Shown: positions 16,408 to 25,409 of the stretch, in pieces
Layout of the letters: every line of letters begins with the position of its first letter
How positions within the stretch are numbered: the first letter of the stretch is position 1
IMG/VR virus record: IMGVR_UViG_3300028410_000015
Strand: one strand, 5' to 3'
Length of the DNA: 53,646 nt
Origin: a virus
Notes under the pieces: generated by a model
Told to the model about the DNA's origin: nothing
The model's database searches: none
The model's input: only the letters and a program-made list of their open reading frames with translations
Position numbers and translations under genes: made by a program

Positions 16408-16535
16408 ATGTATCCTCTCTATTGACAGAAGAATTTTCCTTTCCAATTATTGGAAAGGTTTTACCTCTTGAAGGTAGTAATACTTTACTGCTTGATATTA
16501 AACTTTACAAATTTTGTTTACATCTAAAAGCAGTA

Positions 16536-17450
16536 CTAATTTCTGGATCCTATCAATGCTTTTGCCACAGAAAAATAACTTTCTCTGTTCCAGGAAACAC
16601 GAACGTAGGCATCAATCATGCTATCCATAGTATCAACGACAGGAAACTTTATATTGAGTTGCTGAATCATATCTGAAGCTGCTGATTTTTGCCTCTCAGA
16701 GGCTGCGTAAAGCAATTTCATAGGATCGATGCCTAATATATGAAGAGAAGAACGCAAATCCCTCAGTCCGTCGATTTCATACTTTACCATCTTACATTGC
16801 CAAGCAATTAGTCTTCCGACTTGGAATCTGTTCATGCCGTTGATTAAGAACGGAAGAAACCTCACACCTAGTGTAATGTGTCGTGCTTCATCAGCAATGT
16901 AGTAACTCAGAAGGTCAGTTAAGATCGGCTCAATATTAAGCTCGATTAGCTTCTGAAAGATTGTTATTGCGACGGGTTCGACCATCAATTGCATTCCCAA
17001 TAGTTTTCTTGCAGTTGTCTTTGCATTGATTACTTCGTTTAAGCCTCTTTCTGCGCTGTTAGACAACAAAAGGCCTGCTGGTGGTTCATGTTCAAGGACG
17101 AGCTTTAAATAGTCTAACATGACATAGAAGTGGCGTGCCTCGTCGTGGGCCTGTGATGTTGCTGCGAGTTTAGCACCGAGGTCTTCTAACTCTTCTGCGA
17201 GTGCCGCAGATGTCTTCCATGCTGCAAGCTCACCCCAAAGAATCAAAGACAACACTCGAATAAGTGCTGCCTTCTTTATTGGATCAATTGTAGGGATGCC
17301 GTGCTTTTTGATTAGATCATCGAGAACTTCTTTGCCGTTCCATATTTTCGCTTGCCCACGATGGTAAACATTATGAAGAGCTTTCTCGGCGTGCTCTGCA
17401 CCCTTTCCTTCTAAATCAAAGTGTACAATTTCAAATTCAAGGCCTTTCAT
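16536..17450 (-). CDS. ferritin-like diiron-carboxylate protein (two ExxH motifs; AurF, MiaE or R2-like superfamily)
   Basis: HDEARHFYVMLDYL and ADEARHITLG. True start MKGLEFEIV at ATG 17448-17450 with SD AAGGGG. The track extension runs into a tRNA. Confidence 0.55.
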   Translation of the reverse strand: MKGLEFEIVHFDLEGKGAEHAEKALHNVYHRGQAKIWNGKEVLDDLIKKHGIPTIDPIKKAALIRVLSLILWGELAAWKTSAALAEELEDLGAKLAATSQAHDEARHFYVMLDYLKLVLEHEPPAGLLLSNSAERGLNEVINAKTTARKLLGMQLMVEPVAITIFQKLIELNIEPILTDLLSYYIADEARHITLGVRFLPFLINGMNRFQVGRLIAWQCKMVKYEIDGLRDLRSSLHILGIDPMKLLYAASERQKSAASDMIQQLNIKFPVVDTMDSMIDAYVRVSWNRESYFSVAKALIGSRN

Positions 17451-17492
17451 AGTTATCCCCTTTGCAAGTATAACTATCTCGCTAGTAATGTA

Positions 17493-17570
17493 TGGTAGCC
17501 GATGTGAGAATTGAACTCGACCGCAGCTTCTGTGTAAAAGAAGTATCACCACCAGGTGAACTATCGGCTA
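17493..17570 (-). tRNA. tRNA-Val (TAC)
   Basis: Acceptor AGCCGAT/ATCGGCT, anticodon stem CTTCT/AGAAG with loop TTTACAC. Confidence 0.5.
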
Positions 17571-17575
17571 AAAAA

Positions 17576-17650
17576 TGGTAGGCAGAACAGGATTCGAACC
17601 TGCAACCGTCTGGGTGTAAACCAGAAGCTCTCCCATTGAGCTATCCGCCT
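17576..17650 (-). tRNA. tRNA-Val (TAC), second copy
   Basis: Acceptor AGGCGGA/TCTGCCT, D-arm GCTCAATGGGAGAGC, anticodon stem TCTGG/CCAGA with loop TTTACAC, T-arm GCAGG-TTCGAAT-CCTGT. Confidence 0.6.
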
Positions 17651-17689
17651 ATAATGTGTAACGCTATTTATGAATTCTCATAAGTTAAA

Positions 17690-17762
17690 TGGAGGTGCCA
17701 GAGAGATTCGAACTCTCACAAAGGGTTTTGCAGGCCCGATTCCACAGCCCGTGACTAGCACC
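17690..17762 (-). tRNA. tRNA-Cys? (GCA)
   Basis: Acceptor GGTGCTA/TGGCACC, 3-bp D-stem, anticodon loop CTGCAAA on a weak stem, T-arm GAGAG-TTCGAAT-CTCTC. Confidence 0.45.
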
Positions 17763-17767
17763 AAATA

Positions 17768-18124
17768 TTACTGAATTGTGATGTCCGTTTCGAAGCTCCA
17801 TTCACCAGCTTCAAAAGTACCATGGACAGTAACCCATTCCCACTCATTGAAAGTTTGATCTGCAAACACTTCGGGATCTTTCTGTGTAAGTTCTCTAGTT
17901 AGTCGAGCAGCGTCTTGTGCTGGGATCTGCATGGCATTTAAGACTTCGTCAAAGCTTACGTTACTAGTAGTTCCCGACTCGCTCGTAAGTGTTCCAGTCA
18001 TGCTATCAAAAGATTGTGTCGGGTCTCCGCCGCCTTCCCAGCGAAAACTTTTCGTAGAGAGTGCTGATGTGAGCTCTTCTTTGATGATCTGCTTAATTCG
18101 AGCTTTTGTAAGTGATACTTTCAT
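17768..18124 (-). CDS. hypothetical protein carrying the IIKEEL leader (MKVSLTKARIKQIIKEELTSALS)
   Basis: ORF track 118 aa, ATG at 18122-18124. Confidence 0.55.
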   Translation of the reverse strand: MKVSLTKARIKQIIKEELTSALSTKSFRWEGGGDPTQSFDSMTGTLTSESGTTSNVSFDEVLNAMQIPAQDAARLTRELTQKDPEVFADQTFNEWEWVTVHGTFEAGEWSFETDITIQ

Positions 18125-18339
18125 GGTAATCTATCCAATTTCTGTCTATATCTATCTTCGATGTAAGATAATGTTCTGACTTTAAGAGGATTCACAAAGA
18201 AACCGTAATTGTCCGTTCACTTTCAGGCCTCTTTAAAAAAGCCTGTACTGTGGGGATCTTATTGAACAGCTATTACGCGCCGAACTTCAGGCCTGTTACA
18301 CAGCTCTTTTTGTTACTTGATCTTGCTTCTTTGTGAAAA

Positions 18340-18416
18340 TGGTACCCAGCCAGAGATTCGAACTCTGATCCATGTTCTTTTGAAAAACACCGCTCTGCCA
18401 ATTGGCGCAGCTGGGC
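18340..18416 (-). tRNA. tRNA with anticodon CAA (Leu-reading) but a short variable arm
   Basis: Acceptor GCCCAGC/GCTGGGT, anticodon stem TGTTT/GAACA with loop TTCAAAA, T-arm CAGAG-TTCGAAT-CTCTG. Confidence 0.45.
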
Positions 18417-18426
18417 ATGTATTAAA

Positions 18427-18510
18427 TGGTGCCTCGAGAGAGATTCGAACTCTCACACCTTTCGGCACTGGTTCCTAAGACCAGCGTGTCTACCATTCCA
18501 CCATCGAGGC
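18427..18510 (-). tRNA. tRNA-Leu (TAG), type II
   Basis: Acceptor GCCTCGA/TCGAGGC, anticodon stem CTGGT/ACCAG with loop CTTAGGA, long variable arm, T-arm GAGAG-TTCGAAT-CTCTC. Confidence 0.65.
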
Positions 18511-18513
18511 ATA

Positions 18514-19068
18514 TTAGTTTTTGTACACTTTGATTTTATCGATTTTGACTTCATCAAAAACAAAGACTTCTTTTTCATCTTTGATTGATGACTCAAGCGT
18601 TTCTTTCCATCTTTCAACATAGTGAGATGTTATCTCTTCAATGTCAAGTAATTTTGACCAATCTATGATTGCATTATCAGGGTCGTAGATTCCCACTACG
18701 ACGACACCAAATCGGTCTTCAATCAAGTCAGGGTCTGCGCCCCAACCTTGTTTTGTCGCAAAACGCTTTGCAACTTCTTCGCTTGTAGACCAAGACTTAT
18801 CAACAGTTTTATCTGTTGTCTCTTGAGTCTGTAGCTTTACGACGTCTGACTTTGTAAGGTTTCTTATTCCCCTAAAGATCTTTTTTCCTTTGGGTGGTTT
18901 TACAAAGTCGTAAACGTCTTCACTTTTTTTGAGATTCTTCATTTGAGGAATGCTCATTTTTTTAATGTCTGAGAGATGATCAGTGATTTGCTTATAGATA
19001 CGTGTTATCTCTTTATCACCAGATGATTCTAAAACGTATCTTACGTATTCTATTAAGATTCTTTTCAT
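18514..19068 (-). CDS. hypothetical protein
   Basis: ORF track 184 aa, ATG at 19066-19068. Confidence 0.5.
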   Translation of the reverse strand: MKRILIEYVRYVLESSGDKEITRIYKQITDHLSDIKKMSIPQMKNLKKSEDVYDFVKPPKGKKIFRGIRNLTKSDVVKLQTQETTDKTVDKSWSTSEEVAKRFATKQGWGADPDLIEDRFGVVVVGIYDPDNAIIDWSKLLDIEEITSHYVERWKETLESSIKDEKEVFVFDEVKIDKIKVYKN

Positions 19069-19111
19069 TTACTTCGTAGCCCTTTTCTATATAGGACTCT
19101 GTAATCTTAAA

Positions 19112-19198
19112 TGGAGGAAGATGCGAGAATCGAACTCGCGCACGTTTACCGTGACCATTCCTTAGCAGGGAAGTACATTACCGCTCTGTCAATCTTCC
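19112..19198 (-). tRNA. tRNA-Ser (GCT), type II
   Basis: Acceptor GGAAGAT/ATCTTCC, D-arm ACAGAGCGGTAATGT, anticodon stem CTTCC/GGAAT with loop CTGCTAA, long variable arm. Confidence 0.65.
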
Positions 19199-19206
19199 TT
19201 TTAAAG

Positions 19207-19282
19207 TGGTGTCCCAGGACAGACTCGAACTGCCATCGCGAGGATCTTCAATCCTCCGTTCTACCGTTGGAACTACTGGGAC
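19207..19282 (-). tRNA. tRNA-Phe (GAA)
   Basis: Acceptor GTCCCAG/CTGGGAC, anticodon stem GAGGA/TCCTC with loop TTGAAGA, T-arm GGCAG-TTCGAGT-CTGTC. Confidence 0.65.
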
Positions 19283-19299
19283 GTAGTATTGTTGTTAAG

Positions 19300-19378
19300 T
19301 GGTGGAGAGTATGGGTATCGAACCCACCTCACGAAGATTGCAAATCTTCATCGCCTTGCCTTGGTACATGACTCCCCA
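19300..19378 (-). tRNA. tRNA-Ala (TGC) with a G3:U70 identity pair
   Basis: Acceptor GGGGAGT/ACTCTCC (G3-U70), anticodon stem GAAGA/TCTTC with loop TTTGCAA, T-arm GTGGG-TTCGATA-CCCAT. Confidence 0.65.
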
Positions 19379-19431
19379 ATGATTTAAAGAATTTTACTGT
19401 TATTCCTTTATTTGTTCAAACTTTGTTAAAA

Positions 19432-19519
19432 TGGTGCCGAGAGCGGGACTTGAACCCGCACGCCCTTCACGGAGCACAGCGGTCTAAGCGCTGCATGTCT
19501 ACATTCCATCATCCCGGCA
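19432..19519 (-). tRNA. tRNA-Leu (TAG), type II, second copy
   Basis: Acceptor GCCGGGA/TCTCGGC, anticodon stem CAGCG/CGCTG with loop CTTAGAC, long variable arm, T-arm GCGGG-TTCAAGT-CCCGC. Confidence 0.6.
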
Positions 19520-19522
19520 AAA

Positions 19523-19598
19523 TGGTGGTTACTATCGGAATTGAACCGATCCCTCTAGTTTTTCAGACTAGCGCTCTGCACCTTGCGAGCTCAGTAAC
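19523..19598 (-). tRNA. tRNA-Phe (GAA), second copy
   Basis: Acceptor GGTTACT/AGTAACC, anticodon stem CTAGT/ACTAG with loop CTGAAAA, T-arm ATCGG-TTCAATT-CCGAT. Confidence 0.55.
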
Positions 19599-19603
19599 CA
19601 AAA

Positions 19604-19690
19604 TGGCGGAAGCGGAGAGATTCGAACTCTCAAAGGTTTGACCCTCTACTTGTTTTCAAGACAAGCTCCTCAAGCCGGTCGGATCGCTTC
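19604..19690 (-). tRNA. tRNA-Ser (TGA), type II
   Basis: Acceptor GGAAGCG/CGCTTCC, anticodon stem CTTGT/ACAAG with loop CTTGAAA, long variable arm. Confidence 0.65.
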
Positions 19691-19696
19691 CAAAAA

Positions 19697-19783
19697 TGGT
19701 GGGTCGTCTAAGAATTGAACTTAGTCGGCACTGCAGGCTGGGGTTTTACAGACCCCCTCGGGAACCATCCCTCCGTACGACCC
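19697..19783 (-). tRNA. tRNA-Tyr (GTA), type II
   Basis: Acceptor GGGTCGT/ACGACCC, anticodon stem GGGGT/ACCCC with loop CTGTAAA, long variable arm, T-arm CTAAG-TTCAATT-CTTAG. Confidence 0.65.
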
Positions 19784-19796
19784 AAACTATATAAAA

Positions 19797-19882
19797 TGGT
19801 GCCCATGACAGGACTTGAACCTGTACTCCTTTGCAAGAACTGTGCACTCAACGCAGCGTGTCTACATTCCACCACACGGGCA
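19797..19882 (-). tRNA. tRNA-Leu? (GAG), type II
   Basis: Acceptor GCCCGTG/CATGGGC, anticodon loop TTGAGTG on a stem with one mismatch, long variable arm. Confidence 0.45.
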
Positions 19883-19887
19883 TAAAA

Positions 19888-19975
19888 TGGAGGAAGGTGC
19901 GAGAATCGAACTCGCGCTGGTATCAACCAGGCTCCGACTTTCCAAGCCGGCACATTACCACTCTGTCAACCTTCC
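19888..19975 (-). tRNA. tRNA-Ser (GGA), type II
   Basis: Acceptor GGAAGGT/ACCTTCC, anticodon stem CCGGC/GTCGG with loop TTGGAAA, long variable arm. Confidence 0.65.
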
Positions 19976-20622
19976 AAATAGTCTTGTTAGCTTTCACTTA
20001 ACGTATAACTTTTTTAACTTTTTTAATAAAATTGTGCTTTAACGTACTTATGCCTCGCAATTTAGTTACGAAGTGTACGTGCCCTTTTGTTACCTAGCGA
20101 ATATGATTTAATTTTCTAAGCAGCAAACACAGGACAATTTAGTTATACGTCGACGAGAGTTACTAATCCAACAAGACTGAACAGTTTTCACATTTGTACT
20201 GTCCACAAGCCACGATTGTTGCAAATCAATGCAACTCAACTGCTTGCTTCTATGCGGAAACCTATTGGCTTCGCACAGCAAACTTATGATTCATTCATAT
20301 AGAGATGTCAAAGATTTTGCACTTTATAAGTACATAGACATTTCACTTATTTTGTGAAATCTTGCGAGCTAACTTATCTTACTTGCCAGTCTTAGCTTTA
20401 GTTGCTAAATCGATACGAGCAAGGATAAGTAGCGTAGCACAACGAAACCGCAGCGCTACTGGAAGTAAGTCGTAACGAGTACGCATCCAGGAAGCTTAGT
20501 ATCTCTGACTTGATACTGCGAATGTTGTGTAGCATGATTTTCTCTTGTTTAGAGGTGATTGATTTCCCCTCTTGATACTAATACTATATCCCGTATTTTT
20601 TTGATTTTACACAATTATTTTT

Positions 20623-21474
20623 TTATTTTTCTCTTAGGTTCTTGATTTGCTCTAACAATTTAGCTTCTTCGACAGCAGTTTCTTGATTTGTGTCAACGCT
20701 GTTGTCAATTTTTACTTGAACGATGTGATTTCCAATCCTTCCGTCTGGGTGCTTTACGCCCATAGACTTTACAATCATATTTGTTGATTTAGAAAGATTT
20801 TTGGGAATCTTCATACTAATTGGGCCTTGAATTGTTTCGATTCTTTCTTTTGTGCCGAGAGCAGCGTCAAAGTATCTGATTGTTAGGTTGCTATAAATGT
20901 CTAGGTCGTCTCTCGTAAACTCTGGATGGGAGGTTGCTCTAACTGTGATAAAGAGACGACCTCGACTTCCATCTCTACCAGGGCCGCCCTTGTTATCCAT
21001 GTAGTAGAGTTTTTTGTCTTTCGTGGCAGGTGGCACTTTGATTTCAAGGTGTTCTTTCTCTTTGCTCATGCCGAAGCCCGAACATTTAGCGCAAACTTCT
21101 ACAGTATGACCGAGGCCTTTACAATTTTCACATTGTTTCCAGACAGGATACTCGACACTTTTTTTAACGCCTTGAATAGCCTCCATGAACGAAACAATAA
21201 GAGTAACATTTACGTCAAATCCTCTTGAGGGTGCAAAAGGTGAATGCGTAGTCACATTTGCTGATTGATAGAGTTTAAAATCGTACGCTTTTCGCTTATC
21301 TTTGTTGTTTAAGGTTTCATATGCCACTTGAATCTTAACAAAGGTAGATTGTGCCTCTTCTGAGTTGTTGTGATCTGGATGGAACTTTTTTGCTAATCTT
21401 CTGTAAGCTTTTTTAATGTCGCCTTGACTACAATCTTTTGATAGATTTAGTGTGTCGTAATGTGTCGATGTCAT
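20623..21474 (-). CDS. DnaJ-like co-chaperone (J domain plus CxxCxG zinc finger)
   Basis: N-terminal YDTLNLSKDCSQGDIKKAYRRLAKKFHPDHN with HPD, plus CENCKGLG...CAKCSGFG repeats. Confidence 0.8.
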   Translation of the reverse strand: MTSTHYDTLNLSKDCSQGDIKKAYRRLAKKFHPDHNNSEEAQSTFVKIQVAYETLNNKDKRKAYDFKLYQSANVTTHSPFAPSRGFDVNVTLIVSFMEAIQGVKKSVEYPVWKQCENCKGLGHTVEVCAKCSGFGMSKEKEHLEIKVPPATKDKKLYYMDNKGGPGRDGSRGRLFITVRATSHPEFTRDDLDIYSNLTIRYFDAALGTKERIETIQGPISMKIPKNLSKSTNMIVKSMGVKHPDGRIGNHIVQVKIDNSVDTNQETAVEEAKLLEQIKNLREK

Positions 21475-21476
21475 GT

Positions 21477-21797
21477 TTACTTCTTAGCGATCGTTGAAGA
21501 TGACATTTTCATTAAATAATGCTTGACGGCGCGCTTCCTCCGGAGAAAAATGCTCTCTGACTTGGGTTTTTCTCCGGGTTTGTGAAGCAAACTGCTTGTA
21601 TTCTTAAAGGGGCTTTCCTTCCATTTTTTTCGCCAGATCTTTCTAAACTTGCGTCTAGCTTTTGTTCTTTCCGTTTTAGATAGAGAAGACATTGCGTTTT
21701 TAAAATCTTGACTATTATCAAAAAATGGAACTATGCCTTCTTCTAGCGCAGCCATCATTAATTGAATCTGCTTTTTTGAAATACCATCGCCCGACAT
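21477..21797 (-). CDS. hypothetical basic protein
   Basis: ORF track 106 aa, adjacent to dnaJ. Confidence 0.4.
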   Translation of the reverse strand: MSGDGISKKQIQLMMAALEEGIVPFFDNSQDFKNAMSSLSKTERTKARRKFRKIWRKKWKESPFKNTSSLLHKPGEKPKSESIFLRRKRAVKHYLMKMSSSTIAKK

Positions 21798-21837
21798 AAT
21801 TCCTCCTCTTTTAGACTATAACACGACTTAGCAGAAA

Positions 21838-22134
21838 TTACATCAGTTCAATGATAATTCTCCAAATATAGTCTGGGTCCACATCTTTCTTGTCGAGTTT
21901 AAGTGCTAGAGTACATTGCTCATTGACATCACTAGAATTAAATGTGCTCCAGTCGTATTGACTAGCTCCGTCGGGTAAACTCTTTCGAGTTCTAGCATTT
22001 CTAAGTGCATCGTCAAATTTTTCAAACGAACTTGAAGAAAGATTGCTTTTTTCACCGCTTGTACGAGACTCTTGCCAACTACTAACCTTATAGTTAAATT
22101 CAGTTTTCATTCTCATTTTTTCACCCCTTGACAC
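21838..22134 (-). CDS. hypothetical protein
   Basis: ORF track 98 aa. Its start overlaps the rtcB stop region. Confidence 0.4.
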   Translation of the reverse strand: MSRGEKMRMKTEFNYKVSSWQESRTSGEKSNLSSSSFEKFDDALRNARTRKSLPDGASQYDWSTFNSSDVNEQCTLALKLDKKDVDPDYIWRIIIELM

Positions 22135-23362
22135 AAAGGACTTGCTTTAAAGTATGAACGATCTCTACGAGATCTTTTTGTGCTGCCATTACATCATCAA
22201 TCTCTTTGTATGCTGCAGGTGTCTCGTCGATAACACTCTTATCCTTCTTGCATTCAACACCCTCAGTTGCATCACGGTGCATCTTTAGTGTGAAGGTCTT
22301 GCGTGCTTCACCTCTAGACATTTTTCTTCCTGCTCCGTGGCTACAAGAATCGAAAGATTCCTTGTTACCCAATCCACGAACGACGTAAGACTTATCTCCC
22401 ATCGAGCCAGGAATGATACCGAGCTTACCCTTTGCAGCACACACAGCACCCTTTCTTGTCAAGATCACATTCTTTCCGAAGTGCTTTTCACGGGAGATGT
22501 AGTTGTGGTGGCAGTTAACTGCAGTCAAGGATGCATTGAACTTACGCTTAAGTACCTTCTTCATTGCCGCTATGACCTGATCCATCATCAGTTCACGGTT
22601 GACTCTAGCATAGTTCTGTGCCCATTCAACAGCCTCAACGTAATCGTTGAAGTGTGCAGTACCTTCAGGCAAATATGCAAGATTCTCGTCCTTCAAGTTG
22701 ATGAAGTGACGTCTCATATCTTCCTTGGCAAGTCGGATAAAGTAGCTACCAATTTTGTTTCCAATACCACGTGAGCCTGAGTGGAGCATGACCCAGACTC
22801 TGTTACTCTCGTCGAGGCAAACTTCGATGAAGTGATTCCCAGTTCCCAACGTTCCTAGGTGACGGAATGTATTACCGCCTGCAACTTTAGGATGCTTAGC
22901 AACGATGCTATTAAACGTTACTTCAAGTTCAGACCACGCATTCGCCTGTGCTACTGGGATCTTGTTCTCATCCCAACCGCCCTTATCATACTTTCCTCCA
23001 TTGTTTGTCCTGCCGTGTGGAACAGCAGCTTCAATAGCAGTACGCATTGCTTTCAAACTAGAAGGCAGATCCTCAGCAGTTAGATCAGTCATTGCTGCAC
23101 ACATGCCGCATCCGATGTCAACTCCAACTGCGGCAGGAATTACTGCTCCGACAGTCGGAATGACGCTACCAACAGTAGCTCCCATACCCCAGTGAACGTC
23201 AGGCATAGCTGCAATCCACTTGTGAATGAAAGGCATTTCTGCAGCATTAATTAGCTGTTGCTTTGCAGCATCTTCAACAGGGACACCTTTTGTCCACATC
23301 TTGATTAGACCCTTCTCAGTCTTTAAAATTTCATAGTTTGATTTGTTCTTGCTGTTTGACAT
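22121..23362 (-). CDS. rtcB: RtcB-family RNA 3'-phosphate/5'-OH ligase
   Basis: IHKWIAAMPDVHWGMGATVGSVIPT (the PDVHxGxG metal-binding motif), plus histidine motifs that I take to be typical of RtcB ligases. Confidence 0.85.
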   Translation of the reverse strand: MSNSKNKSNYEILKTEKGLIKMWTKGVPVEDAAKQQLINAAEMPFIHKWIAAMPDVHWGMGATVGSVIPTVGAVIPAAVGVDIGCGMCAAMTDLTAEDLPSSLKAMRTAIEAAVPHGRTNNGGKYDKGGWDENKIPVAQANAWSELEVTFNSIVAKHPKVAGGNTFRHLGTLGTGNHFIEVCLDESNRVWVMLHSGSRGIGNKIGSYFIRLAKEDMRRHFINLKDENLAYLPEGTAHFNDYVEAVEWAQNYARVNRELMMDQVIAAMKKVLKRKFNASLTAVNCHHNYISREKHFGKNVILTRKGAVCAAKGKLGIIPGSMGDKSYVVRGLGNKESFDSCSHGAGRKMSRGEARKTFTLKMHRDATEGVECKKDKSVIDETPAAYKEIDDVMAAQKDLVEIVHTLKQVLCVKG

Positions 23363-23461
23363 AATTTACCTCGCGATTGATCTTTCCTTAGATCAGTCAC
23401 GTTAATTTGTTCAAGCATGTTTTGCCTGACTCTATTCTATCTCATCTGCAATCAATTTGCA

Positions 23462-23701
23462 CTACATTTTTGAATGAAGTTTTGTTATTTCTTCATTGAG
23501 TGAAATCAAGTCCTCTTCAAGGTCTGAGATCCTCTCATTTAGTGATTGATTTTCTTGTTCGAGCTCTGAAAAGGATAGGATCTTGTCGAGCTTGTTTTCA
23601 TCAATAGATAGTAGTTTAAATAGAATCTTAGTTGCTTTTTCTACTTTTGATAGTCGACTCATAAAGTCTACGTCTTGTCCAGGATACCACATAAATGCCA
23701 T
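23462..23701 (-). CDS. hypothetical coiled-coil protein
   Basis: ORF track 79 aa with Leu/Glu heptads. Confidence 0.35.
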   Translation of the reverse strand: MAFMWYPGQDVDFMSRLSKVEKATKILFKLLSIDENKLDKILSFSELEQENQSLNERISDLEEDLISLNEEITKLHSKM

Positions 23702-23740
23702 GGCTGGGCTCCAAATTATGATTTGGTTTGAGTGATCTGC

Positions 23741-24010
23741 TCAAGAGAAGTTGTCTCTTTGTATTTTGTCGCTGATTGTTCGTGCCCAGTGTTTAGCTTC
23801 TTCTTCACTTGGCAACCCTTTAGTCTCAGTCTCGCCAGTAGAAAGATTTTCTACAGTCGTCAAATACTGATCATTCTGAATGTCGAAAATGATTGTAATT
23901 CGAGATTCTTCTGATATCCATGGGTAGTGATCAACGCGTTCACCGCGCCTGAGGTTTCTGGCAATTTCTTCTCTTAGAAACGTTCTAAGGAGCTTTATGG
24001 AGTGTGACAT
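23741..24010 (-). CDS. hypothetical protein
   Basis: ORF track 89 aa. Confidence 0.35.
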   Translation of the reverse strand: MSHSIKLLRTFLREEIARNLRRGERVDHYPWISEESRITIIFDIQNDQYLTTVENLSTGETETKGLPSEEEAKHWARTISDKIQRDNFS

Positions 24011-24072
24011 TGTCTATAAATAGGTAAGTCTAGACATTGTATATTTTCTTCACAAAGTTATTCGTGTCTACC

Positions 24073-24645
24073 TTAGAGGTTCTCAATCTCATTTAAGATC
24101 TTGTCAGTTTTTAAGTGATCTTGAAAGTCAATCTTTTTGAGATTTTCTTTTAAGTCGATGAATGACTGTGCTGTATCCTTTATGACACATTCTGTGCTAC
24201 CAAAGACAGTCATTAAATCAGCAGACATTTTTGAAATCTGTCGACATAATGCTGCAAATCTTTCGTCCATGTTTGGCGTACCTTCACCCATATCAATCAG
24301 TTTGATATCTGTGTCTAATGCAATATATACGGTTCCAGATTTGTGATGCAGCATTTTGCATATAGAACCTCTAGATGATTTCAATATCTTTTTTGAAATC
24401 TTGTCAACAGTCAGCTTCTTAAATGGATGTGTTTCTAAAACAGTAGAAGGACCTTCATACGACAGTGATTTTATCCAGGGTGTACTTTCTTTACTAAGAT
24501 ATTCAAGTGTACCTTTGTCAAAGAAAGTAAGATCGATTTTGTCGTTCTTCAATATTTCTCTAAAGTCTTTGCTTTTAGGTACTGTAAAATCACTGGCGAC
24601 GACAAGGTCACCCTTGTAAAAAAGTGACCTTGTCGATTCTGACAT
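24073..24645 (-). CDS. hypothetical protein
   Basis: ORF track 190 aa. The stop overlaps the next start at 24645. Confidence 0.45.
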   Translation of the reverse strand: MSESTRSLFYKGDLVVASDFTVPKSKDFREILKNDKIDLTFFDKGTLEYLSKESTPWIKSLSYEGPSTVLETHPFKKLTVDKISKKILKSSRGSICKMLHHKSGTVYIALDTDIKLIDMGEGTPNMDERFAALCRQISKMSADLMTVFGSTECVIKDTAQSFIDLKENLKKIDFQDHLKTDKILNEIENL

Positions 24646-24863
24646 TACACTGCCTCATCCAAAGCATTGATTACTGCATCAACAAGATCCTCATCCATTT
24701 TTGCTCTAATCTTAAGAATTCTAATGGCCGCTTTTACTGCCTTAATGTCGATCTGCTCTTTGTAATCGGCATCAATCTCCTTTCTATCGTCCCTGAGAAG
24801 GGCCATTTCATTTTCATTTTCTTTTACCTTGCTAACATACTCTCTAATGAGTTTATTTTGCAT
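24645..24863 (-). CDS. hypothetical protein
   Basis: ORF track 72 aa. Overlap is consistent with coupling. Confidence 0.4.
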   Translation of the reverse strand: MQNKLIREYVSKVKENENEMALLRDDRKEIDADYKEQIDIKAVKAAIRILKIRAKMDEDLVDAVINALDEAV

Positions 24864-25146
24864 TTGGGATCTCCTTTTTGTTGGTCCACTTCTTATATTC
24901 TACAATCCTTCTCGGTTTTTCATCTTTTTCTGTCGGGCGATACCATGTTTTTGCACACTTTTTAGTACAGAATGTATCAAAGTGATGTGGTGGTAGCCAT
25001 CCAGTTTCATTTATGACGACGAAAACCTTGAGAGAACTATTTGAATGACAACAGGCACATGAAGCCTCCAGGATCGGAGGCTCTTCAGGTAAACCTGGCT
25101 TTTCTGTCGAGAATTTAATCTCAATGTTTTTCTTTCTTCTTCCCAT
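24853..25146 (-). CDS. hypothetical Cys-rich protein (possible zinc binder)
   Basis: ORF track 97 aa with CACCH...C..C. Confidence 0.4.
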   Translation of the reverse strand: MGRRKKNIEIKFSTEKPGLPEEPPILEASCACCHSNSSLKVFVVINETGWLPPHHFDTFCTKKCAKTWYRPTEKDEKPRRIVEYKKWTNKKEIPNAK

Positions 25147-25409
25147 AAATCATAATATCCCATTCAGATCTGATTTACAATAAAATTATTTTTTAAACAA
25201 TACACGTACTATGTGAATAATTGTTTGTATGAAGAAATAAAAAAATACGCGCGCCTTGCGCAAGTAAGATCTAAATATATTAACATAGAAGATTATTACG
25301 CTAATAATCTGTATAGTGTATTTCATACCGAAAATTCCTATGTGATCTGTTATAAATATTGATCAGTGCACTATATAGTTACAAATAGCTTATCTTCAAG
25401 GAGAAGAAC
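25147..25409. promoter_or_regulatory. AT-rich divergent regulatory region containing a perfect GC-rich 10-bp palindrome CTTGCGCAAG (about 25255-25264)
   Basis: The only strand switch in the left 37 kb, sitting between a minus gene (24853..25146) and a plus gene (25410..25697). AAGGAGAAGAAC ATG SD for the plus gene. Confidence 0.4.

Noticed and set aside
13768-16446. Considered whether the 880-aa protein is the phage major capsid protein or a scaffold, not MVP.
   Set aside because: The collinear matches to MVP-specific segments (shoulder and cap-helix junction) and the identical overall length favour MVP. HK97-fold capsid proteins lack the C-terminal coiled coil of about 100 aa.
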